From an uncultured Actinomycetes bacterium (lineage in GTDB: Bacteria > Actinomycetota > Actinomycetes > Streptosporangiales > Streptosporangiaceae), in assembly GCA_963828445.1 (NCBI GenBank), contig CAWHFP010000014.1, positions 37,565 to 101,564 of the forward strand: 64,000 bases of DNA, written 5' to 3'. Shown here in pieces: positions 14,116-23,911 of this stretch. The position numbers and the translations under genes were made by a program. Position 1 is the first letter of the stretch; each line of letters opens with the position of its first letter. Below the pieces are notes generated by a model that saw nothing but the letters and a program-made list of their open reading frames with translations, did no database searches and was not told the origin of the DNA.

Positions 14116-15005
14116 GAGGCCTCCCCAGCGTGCTGCCCGGCCTGGACCTGGCCGGCCGGGGAATGGGTCCGGCCCGAGCGGCCGGTGGTCATGAGCTCGA
14201 CGATGGACGCGGTGTCCAGCTGTTCCACCGGCTCGACCGCGGCCATCCGGCCCAGGTACAGCACCGCGATCCGGTCCGCGCTGTTCATGACGTCGGTCAG
14301 GTTGTGCGAGATGACCAGGACGGCGATGCCGCGGCCGGACAGCGTCTCGATGAGGTCGAGCACGACCTTGGTCTGGGTCACGCCCAGGGCCGCGGTCGGC
14401 TCGTCCATGATCACCAGCTGGGCGTTCTGCATGACGGCCTTGGCCACCGCCACGGCCTGGCGCTGGCCACCCGACAGCGAGCCGACCGGCTGGCGGATCG
14501 AGCGGACCGTCACCACCGACAGGTCGGCCAGGGTCTGCTTGGCCGCCAGCTCCATGCCGATCTCGTCGAGCTGCCAGTGCTTCACTTCCTCGCGGCCGAG
14601 GAACATGTTCTGCACGATGTCCAGGTTGTCGCACAGGGCGAGGTCCTGGTACACGGTGGCGATCCCGAGGTCGGTGGCGGCCTTGGGGCTGTGCAGGTGG
14701 ACCGGCCGGCCCTGCCAGAGGATCTGGCCGTCGTCCGGCTGCCAGATGCCCGAGATCGTCTTGATCAGGGTCGACTTCCCCGCGCCGTTGTCGCCGACGA
14801 GCGCGGTGACCTTGCCCGCGGGGACCGTGAGGTTGATGTCGCTGAGGGCCCGGACGGGACCGAAGTTCTTGCCGATGCCGCGCAGTTCGAGCAGGGGCGT
14901 GTCGCCGCCGGAGCGCTCAGCCGGGTGGGTGGGAGCCGCGGGGGACGGCGCCCGGCCGCCATTGGCAGGCCGGGCGCCGTCAGCGGCGCTTGGTGTGGTC
15001 ACCAA
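14112..15005 (-). CDS. Sugar ABC transporter ATP-binding protein with a single NBD
   Basis: Walker A GDNGAGKST, Q-loop YQDLAL, signature LSGGQRQ, Walker B LVIMDEPT, H-loop VISHN. 297 aa, so one NBD only. Confidence 0.9.
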   Translation of the reverse strand: MVTTPSAADGARPANGGRAPSPAAPTHPAERSGGDTPLLELRGIGKNFGPVRALSDINLTVPAGKVTALVGDNGAGKSTLIKTISGIWQPDDGQILWQGRPVHLHSPKAATDLGIATVYQDLALCDNLDIVQNMFLGREEVKHWQLDEIGMELAAKQTLADLSVVTVRSIRQPVGSLSGGQRQAVAVAKAVMQNAQLVIMDEPTAALGVTQTKVVLDLIETLSGRGIAVLVISHNLTDVMNSADRIAVLYLGRMAAVEPVEQLDTASIVELMTTGRSGRTHSPAGQVQAGQHAGEAS

Positions 15006-15039
15006 ACACGTCCGATCTGGTGCCGATGATGGGTCAGCA

Positions 15040-16272
15040 TCATGGCGTGATGCTGTTGGCCTTGCAGTCCGAAGCGTAGCTACCTGCGCAAAGCTGCTTG
15101 GCCGGCACGAACTGGTCCGCGATCACGGTCTTGTTCATGTTGGACGGGGTGACCCACTCCGGCGTCAGCAGCACGGACGGGACGGCCGTCTTGGTCTGCG
15201 TGTCGGTGGTGGTGCCGTTGGCCAGCGACGCCGGCGGCTTGTCGCCCGCGCGCAGGTACATGGCCAGGGCCGCGGCGGCCTGAGCCTCCAGGTAGATCGG
15301 CTTGTAGGCGGTGCCGCACTGGTAGCCGGCCAGGATGTTCTGCAGGCCGACCAGGGTCGCGTCCTGCCCGGTGACCGGGAAGGTCTTGGGCTTGACGTTC
15401 AGCGACTGCAGGTAGTGGATGATCGGGGCGGCGTTCTCGTCGTTCGGCACCAGCACCGAGTTGATGCTCTTGTGCGCGGTGTACTGCTGCTGGAACTCGG
15501 TCTCCGCCGTGGGCGGGTCCCAGGTGCCAGCGGCCGAGCCGACCGACTTCCAGCCGCCGCCGCTGAACTTGGAGGCCAGCACGCCGTTGTAGCCCTGCGC
15601 GAACAGGGTGGCGTTGTTGTCGGTCGGGTCGCCCTTCATGACCAGCACCTGCGGGCTCTTCACGCCCCAGGCCGTCACGCAGCTCTCCAGGCCCTGGCCG
15701 ATGAGCTTGCCGACCTGGACGTTGTTGAAGCTGACGTAGTAGGCGCGGCTGCCGCCGAGGCTGATCCGGTCGTAGTCGATCACCGCGACGCCGTGCTGCT
15801 TGGCGTAGGACTCGATCTTGGCCCCGGTCCCGGAGGTCAGCGGGTCCATGATCAGGACGGTGGCGCCCTTGGTGATGTCTTCCTGGGCGTCGGTGAACTC
15901 GGTCGAGTCGCTGCCCTGGGCGTTCTGCACCGAGAACTGCGACGACGACAGGCCGGCCGACTGCAGGGCCTTGGTCAGGTACGGCGCGTCGAACTCGGTG
16001 TACCGGGCCGAGGTGACGGTGTCCGGGAGAATGACACCGACGCTGGCCTTGCTCTTGGACGCCAGCGGCTTCAGCTTGGCCATGGCCGAGAAGTCCCGGG
16101 TGAAGTCCGACGTGGAAATGCTCGGCGCGCTGCCGGACGAGCCGCCGCTGCTGGCGGAGGCGCTCGACGACGGCGACGAGCCGCCGCCACCGCTGCTGCT
16201 GCAGGCAGCGAGGGCGACACCGGCGGTGACCGCCAGCGCCGACGTCCAGCTAATTTTGGTCGTCAGATTCAA
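15040..16272 (-). CDS. Sugar ABC transporter substrate-binding lipoprotein (periplasmic-binding-protein type I, XylF-like)
   Basis: TTG start at 16272 after GAGGTGA. MNLTTKISWTSALAVTAGVALAAC (lipobox) then Ser/Gly linker ...VGVILPDTVTSARYTEFDAPYL... Confidence 0.85.
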   Translation of the reverse strand: MNLTTKISWTSALAVTAGVALAACSSSGGGGSSPSSSASASSGGSSGSAPSISTSDFTRDFSAMAKLKPLASKSKASVGVILPDTVTSARYTEFDAPYLTKALQSAGLSSSQFSVQNAQGSDSTEFTDAQEDITKGATVLIMDPLTSGTGAKIESYAKQHGVAVIDYDRISLGGSRAYYVSFNNVQVGKLIGQGLESCVTAWGVKSPQVLVMKGDPTDNNATLFAQGYNGVLASKFSGGGWKSVGSAAGTWDPPTAETEFQQQYTAHKSINSVLVPNDENAAPIIHYLQSLNVKPKTFPVTGQDATLVGLQNILAGYQCGTAYKPIYLEAQAAAALAMYLRAGDKPPASLANGTTTDTQTKTAVPSVLLTPEWVTPSNMNKTVIADQFVPAKQLCAGSYASDCKANSITP

Positions 16273-16393
16273 AAGATCACCTCGAGAGTAGGCAAGACCG
16301 CGGCCGGATGCGCCGGCAACATTGACCAGGCATCCGCCCACGCGGGAGCCGCCGCGGCCTCAGCTTTTGACGGAAACCATAAACCTGGCGGAA

Positions 16394-16409
16394 TTAACGG
16401 GGCCTTAAC
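16394..16409 (-). promoter_or_regulatory. Direct repeat GTTAA-N6-GTTAA upstream of the SBP gene (candidate OmpR-type response-regulator box)
   Basis: On the minus strand: atGTTAAggccccGTTAAttc, 11-bp spacing, in the AT-richer 198-bp gap between the RR stop and the SBP start. Confidence 0.25.
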
Positions 16410-16470
16410 ATCGCCGCCGCGTCATAAAAATAGTGTGAACAAGACGGTCCGCTAACCCGTCCGGGTGAGG

Positions 16471-17175
16471 CTACTCCGGGGCGAAACGGTAGCCCGCGCG
16501 GGGCTGGGTCAAGATCATCGGCTCGCCCCCCTCGGTCTCCAGCTTGGCCCGCAGCCGCCGGACGTAGACCCGGACGTACTCGGTCTCGGTCTCGTACCCC
16601 AGACCCCAGACCCGGCGCAGCAGGTGGGAGTGGGTCAGCAGCTTGCCGCGGTTGGTGGCCAGCTCGCGGAGCAGGGCGAACTCGGTGGGCGTCAGGTGCA
16701 CCGGCTGGCCCAGCCGGGTGACCTGCTGGCGGGCCAGGTCGATGGTGATGTCGCCGGCCGCGATGACCGGGGTCTGCGGCTCCGGCAGCACCGCCGGGCG
16801 GGTCCGGCGCAGCGTGGCGGTGATCCGGGCCAGCAGTTCCTCGATGCTGAACGGCTTGGTCAGGTAGTCGTCGGCGCCCATGTTGAGCGCGGTGACCTTG
16901 TCCCGTTCGCCGCCGCGGGCCGACACCACGATGATGGCGACCAGGGACCGCTCCCGGATCTGCCGGCACAGCTCGAACCCGTCGGCCTCGGGCAGCATCA
17001 GGTCCAGCAGCACGATGTCCGGGTCCTCGGTCTCCAGCAGCTTGAGCACCCGCATGCCGTCCTGGGACACCACGGTGTCGAACCCGCGCACGGCCAGGTT
17101 GGACCGGATCAGGTCGACGATGTTGGGGTCGTCCTCCACCACCAGGACGCGGGTGTTGGCGGTGCTGTCAGGCAT
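16471..17175 (-). CDS. OmpR/PhoB-family response regulator (KdpE-like)
   Basis: REC domain VLVVEDDPNIVDLI...DIVLLDLMLPEADG...ADDYLTKPF and winged helix LTPTEFALLRELATNRGKLLTHSHLLRRVWG...YVRVYVRRLRAKLE. Confidence 0.93.
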   Translation of the reverse strand: MPDSTANTRVLVVEDDPNIVDLIRSNLAVRGFDTVVSQDGMRVLKLLETEDPDIVLLDLMLPEADGFELCRQIRERSLVAIIVVSARGGERDKVTALNMGADDYLTKPFSIEELLARITATLRRTRPAVLPEPQTPVIAAGDITIDLARQQVTRLGQPVHLTPTEFALLRELATNRGKLLTHSHLLRRVWGLGYETETEYVRVYVRRLRAKLETEGGEPMILTQPRAGYRFAPE

Positions 17176-19705
17176 CGTCTTCCTCTCCGGCGGGAGTTCC
17201 CCCGGGCACCAGGACCAGCGCCCCGGAGGCGGCCTCGCCCGCGTCCCCGGGCACGTCGGCCGGCAGGCACACCCGGAACCGGGTCCCCCGGGGCAGCCGC
17301 TCCAGCTCGATCCGGCCCTGGTGGGCCTCGGCGATGCCCTGGGCGATGGACAGGCCGAGCCCGGCCCCGCCGGTGCGGGTCCGGCGGCGGCGGCCCGCCT
17401 CGAACGGCGCGGCCGCCACCTCGTCGGGAATGCCCGTCCCGTTGTCGGTCACGCTGATCACGACCTCGGCGTCGGCCACTTCGGCGGTGACCCGGACCTG
17501 GGTCCCGGGCGGGTTGTGGCCGACCGCGTTGTTGATGAGGTTGACGAAGACCTGTTCCAGCCGGTCGTGGTCGGCCCAGATGACCGGCAGGTTCGGGTCG
17601 CACTGGACCGAGACCGCGGTCGCGGCGGCCGGCGGCAGGCAGGCCACCGCGGCCTGGACCACCAGCGGCAGGTCGCACCAGTCGGGGGCCAGGCGCATCA
17701 GGCCCGATTCGATGGTGGAGAAGTCGAGCAGGTCGTCCACCAGCCGGCCGAGCCGGGCCGACTCGGCCGCGATGCGGTCCAGGAACCGGTCCTGTGAGCT
17801 GCGGTCCCAGGTCACGTCGGTCTGCATGAGGCTGGAGGCGTAGCCCCGGATCGCGGTCAGCGGCGTACGCAGCTCGTGGCTGAGCCGGGACAGGAAGTCC
17901 CGCTGCAGCTCGCCGGACCGGCGCAGGGCGGTGGCTTCCTGGTGGGCCAGCCCGGCCTCCTCCCGGTCCAGGGCCAGCCGCAGGGAGTGCGCGGCGTCCT
18001 CCATCAGCGCGATCTCCTCCTGGGCGGCCTTGGCGCTGGGCTGATTCCAGCTGGCCACCAGCACGGCCGGGCCGTTGGCGGCGGTGAACGGGACCAGCCG
18101 GACCCGGCGTCCCTGGCCGCTGGTGAGCTGGCGGGGTGTCCCGTCCGGGTAGGCCTGGGCCAGCGTGTGATCCGCGGCCTCGCGCAGCGCGGGCGAGGCA
18201 TCGGCCGGGTCCCAGATCGTGTCGGTGCCCTGCGGCCCGGCGTAGGCCCGCCACCGCGGCTCCTGCCCGTCCGGCCGGGTGAGCAGCGCGACCTCGTCGG
18301 CCTGCAGGCCGTGCCGCAGCGCCTGGGCCGCGATGACCAGGCCCTCGGTCACCTGCGCCGGGCCGGCCAGGTTCTCCAGCATCTCCCGGATCGTCTCCAG
18401 CACCCGGTTGCGCGCGGTGGCCTGCTCCAGCAGCCGGTCCCGCTCGATGGCGCTGGCCGCGTAGCCGGCGTACAGCGTGACCAGTTGCAGCTCGTGCCGG
18501 TGCGGCATGCCCGCCTCGGGCCGGAACACGGTGATGATGCCGCTCAGGCCGCCCGGGCCGGCCACCGGGACCGACCACGAACTGCCGACCTCGGCCAGGT
18601 CGGTCATGCCCCGGAACCGCGACCAGGCCGCACTGGAGTGGACATCGGCCTCGATGACCGGCCGCTGGGTGGCGGCGGCCAGGCCGACCGGGCCGCCGCC
18701 CGGGCCGAACGGCAGCTGCGCCCACGGGCTCAGCTCGCCGGGCGCGAACCCGAGCGTGGCCGCGCAGACCAGCGACTGATCCGGGCCGGGGCCGGACCCC
18801 GGATCGGAGACCAGGTGAATGCAGAGCCGCTCGGCGTTCAGCGCCGCGCCGAGCGCGGACATGATCAGCGACAGGCTGGACGAGGCGTCGGCCGACACCA
18901 GCCGGTCGGCCAGGCCGTGCAGCCGGGTGAGCTGACGGCGGGCGGTGGAGTCCACCGGCTGGCCGGAGATCAGCGCCACCACGTCGTCCGGGTGGGTGCT
19001 GACCGGGTCCAGGTCGGCGACGACCCGGCCCTGGCGCAGCACCACGATGCGGTCGGCCAGCCGGAACATCTGATCGATGTCGTGGCAGGCCAGCAGGATC
19101 GTGGTGCCCTTCTCGCGCAGCCCGGCGATGAGCTCCTCGACCTGAGCCGACTCCATCACCCCGAGCGAGGCGGTGGGCTCGTCCAGGGCCAGCAGCCGGG
19201 GCTTGCTGCCCATGGCCCGGGCCACGGCCACCAGCTGGCGCTGCCCGCCGGACAGCGAACTGACCCGGCGGGTGGTGTCGCGCAACGGGATGCCCAGGCT
19301 GTCGAGCAGGGCGGCCGCCGTCCGGTGGAAGCGGCTGTCGGAGAACATCATCCAGCGCGACTCGCGGCCGAGCAGCACGTTGGCCGCGATGTCCAGGTTC
19401 TCGCACAGGGCCAGGTCCTGCCAGACCACGGCCACGCCCTGCCGGGCCGCGGCGGCCGGGTCCGGGCCGACCCGGCGGCCGGAGATGTAGATCTCGCCCT
19501 GACTGGGGGCGATGTCCCCGGCGATACAGCGCACCAGGGTGGTCTTGCCGGCGCCGTTCTCGCCGGCCAGCGCGATCAGCTCGCCCGGGCGGACGGTCAG
19601 GCTCACGCCGTCCAGGGCCTGGACCGCACCGAACCGGGCGGACAGACCGGACACCGACAGCAGCGGCGTCACCGCGGGCTGGGCCAACTCGGAGGCTGCG
19701 ACCAT
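17168..19705 (-). CDS. Soluble sensor histidine kinase with an N-terminal ABC-type ATPase domain (NBD-GAF-GAF-HisKA-HATPase_c)
   Basis: Residues 1 to about 255 form a full NBD (GENGAGKTT, WQDLAL, LSGGQRQ, LLALDEPT, LACHD). Two GAF-like regions follow, then the H-box FLSRLSHELRTPLTAIRGY, N-box NLINNAVGH, and G-boxes DNGTGIP and GGAGLGLSIA. There are no TM segments. The stop overlaps the RR start by 8 nt (ATGCCTGA). Confidence 0.9.
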   Translation of the reverse strand: MVAASELAQPAVTPLLSVSGLSARFGAVQALDGVSLTVRPGELIALAGENGAGKTTLVRCIAGDIAPSQGEIYISGRRVGPDPAAAARQGVAVVWQDLALCENLDIAANVLLGRESRWMMFSDSRFHRTAAALLDSLGIPLRDTTRRVSSLSGGQRQLVAVARAMGSKPRLLALDEPTASLGVMESAQVEELIAGLREKGTTILLACHDIDQMFRLADRIVVLRQGRVVADLDPVSTHPDDVVALISGQPVDSTARRQLTRLHGLADRLVSADASSSLSLIMSALGAALNAERLCIHLVSDPGSGPGPDQSLVCAATLGFAPGELSPWAQLPFGPGGGPVGLAAATQRPVIEADVHSSAAWSRFRGMTDLAEVGSSWSVPVAGPGGLSGIITVFRPEAGMPHRHELQLVTLYAGYAASAIERDRLLEQATARNRVLETIREMLENLAGPAQVTEGLVIAAQALRHGLQADEVALLTRPDGQEPRWRAYAGPQGTDTIWDPADASPALREAADHTLAQAYPDGTPRQLTSGQGRRVRLVPFTAANGPAVLVASWNQPSAKAAQEEIALMEDAAHSLRLALDREEAGLAHQEATALRRSGELQRDFLSRLSHELRTPLTAIRGYASSLMQTDVTWDRSSQDRFLDRIAAESARLGRLVDDLLDFSTIESGLMRLAPDWCDLPLVVQAAVACLPPAAATAVSVQCDPNLPVIWADHDRLEQVFVNLINNAVGHNPPGTQVRVTAEVADAEVVISVTDNGTGIPDEVAAAPFEAGRRRRTRTGGAGLGLSIAQGIAEAHQGRIELERLPRGTRFRVCLPADVPGDAGEAASGALVLVPGGTPAGEEDDA

Positions 19706-19764
19706 TCACTCATTGTGTGGCCTGTCCGGCCAGCTCGCCAATTGCGGCGCTATCGTTCGGTGCA

Positions 19765-22700
19765 ATGGACAACACCCGGGCCGCCGGGCCCGCCCGCGAC
19801 GAGCCCGGCGGCGTACTGTTTCCCGGCGGCGGCGAGATGGCGCGCCGGATGCAGGCCTACCCGTGGGCGGAGTCCGCCCTGGGCGATCCGCACGGCTGGC
19901 CGGCCAGCCTGCGGACCGCCTGCCGGATCTGCCTCACTTCACGGTTTCCGATGATCGTGTGGTGGGGACCGGACCTCACCTTCTTCTACAACGACGCCTA
20001 TCTGCCGCTGCTGGGCAGCAAGCACCCGGCCCTGGGCAAGCCGGGCGAGACCGTGTGGACGGAGATCTGGGACATCATCGGCCCCATGCTGGCCTCGGTG
20101 ATGACCAGCGGCGACGCCACCTGGTCGGAAGACCTGCTGCTGCCGATGGACCGGCACGGCTACTGGGAAGAGACCTACTGGACCTACTCCTACAGCCCGG
20201 TGCACGACGACGAGGGCGTGGTGCGCGGGGTGTTCACCGCGGTCAGCGACACCACCGAACAGGTCATCGGCGCGCGGCGGCTGGCGGCCCTGCAGGACCT
20301 CGGGTCACTGGCAGGCCGGGCCCGCAGCGCGGCCGAGGCCAGCCAGCTGGTCGGCCGGGCGCTGGCCGGGGCGGCCGACGTCCCGTTCGCCGCCGTTTAC
20401 CTGCGCCGGCCGGATACCGGCGAGCCGGTGCTGGCCGCCACCAACGCGCCCGGGGCGCCACCGGTCCCGCTCGCCGCCGGGCCCGGCGACTGGCCCGTGG
20501 CCGACGTCCTGCGCACCGGCCAGCCGGTCACCGTGACCGACGTGGCGGCCCGGTTCGAGGGCCTGCCGTCCGGTGGCTGGGAGACCTCGCCGGCCGAGGC
20601 CATGGTGCTGCCGCTGCCCGGCGAGCTCGGCAGCCAGCCGGTGGGGGTGATGGTGCTGGCGGCCCGGGCCGGGCGGGCCCTGGACGACGCCTACCGGTCG
20701 TTCCTGGGCCTGGTCGCCCAGCAGACCAGCGCGCTGGTCAACGGGGCCGTGGCCTACCAGGTCCAGCAGCGGCGAGCCGAGGACCTGGCCGACCTGGACC
20801 GGGCCAAGACCACCTTCTTCTCCAACATCAGCCACGAGTTCCGCACCCCGCTCACCCTGATCATGGGCCCGCTGGAGGAGCTCCGCGCCCGGGTGCCGGA
20901 CACCGATGAGGCCACCCGGCAGGAACTGGACGTCATCCACCGCAACGGCCTGCGGCTGGGCAAGCTGGTCAACACGCTGCTGGACTTCTCCCGGATCGAG
21001 GCCGGGCGGATGCAGGCCCGGTACGAGCCGGTCGACCTGGCCGCCTTCACCGCCGACCTGGCCAGCGTGTTCCGGTCCGCGGTGGAACGGGCCGGGCTGG
21101 CCTACCAGGTGGACTGCCCGGCCCTGCCCCACCCGGTCCACGTGGACCAGGAGATGTGGGAGAAGGTCGTCTTCAACCTGCTCAGCAACGCGCTCAAGTT
21201 CACCTTCGAAGGCCGCATCAGCGTCTCGCTCCGCCCCGACGGCGACCAGGCCGTGCTGCGCATCGCCGACACCGGCGTCGGGGTGGCCGCCGACGAGATG
21301 CCCCGCCTGTTCGAGCGCTTTCACCGCATCCCCAACGCGCGGTCGCGGTCGAACGAGGGCAGCGGCATCGGGCTGGCACTGGTGCGGGAACTGGTCGGGC
21401 TGCACGGCGGCACGATCACCGCGGACAGCACCGAGGGATCCGGGACCGAGTTCACCATCCGGCTCCCGTTCGGCCGCGACCACCTGCCCGCCGGTCACGT
21501 GGCCGACGCGGCCGCGCCCAGCATGGTGTCGGCGGTGGCCGACCCGTTCCTGGCCGAGGCGCTGCGCTGGCTCCCGGAAAGCGTTCCCGCCGTCGGCGCC
21601 CTGCCCCCGGCCGCGGCCCGCGCCCGCCGTGGCCTGGCCGGACACCGGTGGCCCGGCCCGGGTCCTGGTCGCCGACGACAACGCCGACATGCGCGCGTAC
21701 CTGGAGCGGCTGCTTCAGGTCAGTTACGAGGTCACCACCGTCGCGGACGGGCTCACCGCCCTGGACACGATCCGGTCCGACCCCCCCGAGCTGGTGATCA
21801 GCGACGTGATGATGCCGGGGCTGGACGGCCTGGCCCTGGTGGCCGCGCTGCGCTCCGACCCGCGCACCGCCGACGTGCCGGTCCTGCTGCTGTCGGCCCG
21901 GGCCGGCCAGGAGGCGGCGATCGAAGGGCTGGAGGCCGGCGCCGACGACTACCTGGTCAAGCCGTTCTCGGCCGCCGAGCTGCTGGCCCGGGTCCGGGCC
22001 AACGTCGAGCTGGTCCGGCTGCGTACCCATCACAACCGGTGGCGGGCGGCCGTGATCGACTCGCTGCACGAGGGGTTCTTCCTGTGCGACGAGACCGGCG
22101 CCGTGACCGAGATCAACGCGGCCTTCACCGACATCCTCGGGTACGGCCCGGACGGCCTGCCGTACCCGGCGGCGCACCCCTGGTGGCCGCGGGCCGACAC
22201 CGACCCGGAGGGCTACCGCCAGGTCAGTGCGGTCTTCGAGCAGCTCAAGGACGAGAGCCGGGGCAGCTTCGTGGCCCCGGTCACGCATAAGGACGGGCAC
22301 CGGCTGTGGGTGGCGGCCAGCTTCAACGAGGTGCACGACCCCGACACCGGGCGTCGCGTGGTGGTGGGCACGCTGCGGGACATCACCGCCGAGCACTACG
22401 CCGGCCAGCGCGAGCAGGCCCTGGCCGCCATGGGCCTGCTGCTGTCCCAGGCCACCAGCGTCCCCCAGGCCATCGAGGGTGCCCTGCACGAACTGCAGCG
22501 GCTCTGGCGGGCCCCCCGTGCCCTGGCCGTGACCTGGGACGACGGTGACCAGCCGACGCTGCTGGGCACCGGCCCGGCGCGCGGCTGGGACGCGCTCCCG
22601 GCTCCGCTGCGCGAGGAGATCGGGGTCCTGCGGCAGCGGCCGCCGCTGACGCCCACCGACGGGACGGGGCCCGCGGTCGGGGTCACCGTCGTGCATCCGC

Positions 22701-23911
22701 AGGGTCTGCTGGTGGTGTGGCTCGAGCTGGGCGTGGGCCGCCCGTTCAGCGCCGAGGACCGGGCCCTGCTCGCGCTGCTGTGCGGCTACCTGGGCCAGGC
22801 GCTGCACCGGGTCCACCAGAGCGACCAGCAGCGGGAGACCGCCCTGGTGCTGCAGCGGGCCATCCTCGGCCCGGCCCGGCTGCCCGCGGGTTTCGCGGCC
22901 CGGTACGAGCCCGCCAACCGCCCGCTCGAGGTCGGCGGGGATTGGTTCGACATCGTCGAGCTGCCCGACGGCCGGACCGGCATCGTGGTCGGCGACTGTG
23001 TCGGGCACGGGCTCGACGCGGCCACCGTGATGGGCCAGCTGCGCAGCGCCTGCCGGGCCCTGCTGCTGCAGGACGCCAGCGCGGCCCAGACCCTGAGCGC
23101 CATGGACCGGTTCGCGGCCCTGATCCCGGGCGCGATCTGCAGCACGGTGTTCTGCGGCATCCTCGACCCGGACGCGAGCCGGCTGACCTACAGCAGCGCG
23201 GGCCACCCGCCCGGCATCCTGGCCTGGCCGGACGGCCGCGTCGAACTGCTCGACGGCGGCCGCTCGTACCCGCTCGCGGTCCGGCCCGGCATCGAGCGCA
23301 CCGAGGCCAGCTGCGCCGTACCGGCCCGGGCCACCCTGCTGCTGTACACCGACGGGCTGGTCGAGCGGCGCCGCCGGTCGGTCAACGCCGGCATCGCCCA
23401 GGCCGGGACGGTGCTGCTCGCGGGGGGCGAGGCCGGGGTGGAGGAGCTGGCCACCGAGCTGATGACCACCATGGCGCCGGACGGTGGCTACGAGGATGAC
23501 GTGGCCTTCGTCATGTACCGGCACCCGGCCCCGCTGGACCTGGCCTTCCCGGCCGAATCGGCCCAGCTGGCGCCGGTCCGGTCCGCGCTGCGGGACTGGC
23601 TGAACCGGTGCGCGCTCACCCACCGGGCCGCTCAGGACGTGCTGGTCGCGGCGGGTGAGGCCTGCGCCAACGCGATCGAGCACGGCCACCGCCACGCCCC
23701 TGGGGAGCAGGTCCGCCTGCACGCGGCCGCGACCGTTTCGCAACTGCGCCTCACCGTGACCGATACCGGCCGGTGGAAGGATTCCCAGCCGGATGGCAAC
23801 CCGCACCGCGGGCACGGCATCCCGCTGATGCGCGCGCTCATGCACCACGTCACCATCGAGCCGGGCTCGGCCGGCACCATCGTCGACATGCAGCTCAGGA
23901 TCTCGTCATGA
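19765..23911 (+). CDS. Multidomain sensor: PAS-GAF-HisKA-HATPase-REC-PAS-GAF-PP2C(SpoIIE)-RsbW-like ATPase; frame broken near 21620
   Basis: Frame 1 (ORF 19717-22290): WPASLRTACRICLTSRFPMIVWWGPDLTFFYNDAYLPLLG (PAS), GAF, FFSNISHEFRTPLT, GSGIGLALVRELV. Frame 2 (ORF 20906-23911): ARVLVADDNADMRAYL...VISDVMMPGLDG (REC), PAS, GAF, PP2C (EVGGDWFDIVELPDGRTGIVVGDCVGHG...LLLYTDGLVE), C-terminal EACANAIEHG...GHGIPLM. Confidence 0.85.

Noticed and set aside
12973-16455. A 1160-aa plus-strand ORF, and similar long ORFs (for example 7868-9802 minus, 21452-23848 minus, 43369-45012 minus, 3736-4980 minus, 17109-19709 minus, 17876-19954 plus).
   Set aside because: All lie antisense or out of frame to genes with clear family signatures. 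Their products are monotonous Arg/Pro/Gly/Ala/His strings. They are the stop-poor shadow frames expected in DNA of about 70% GC.
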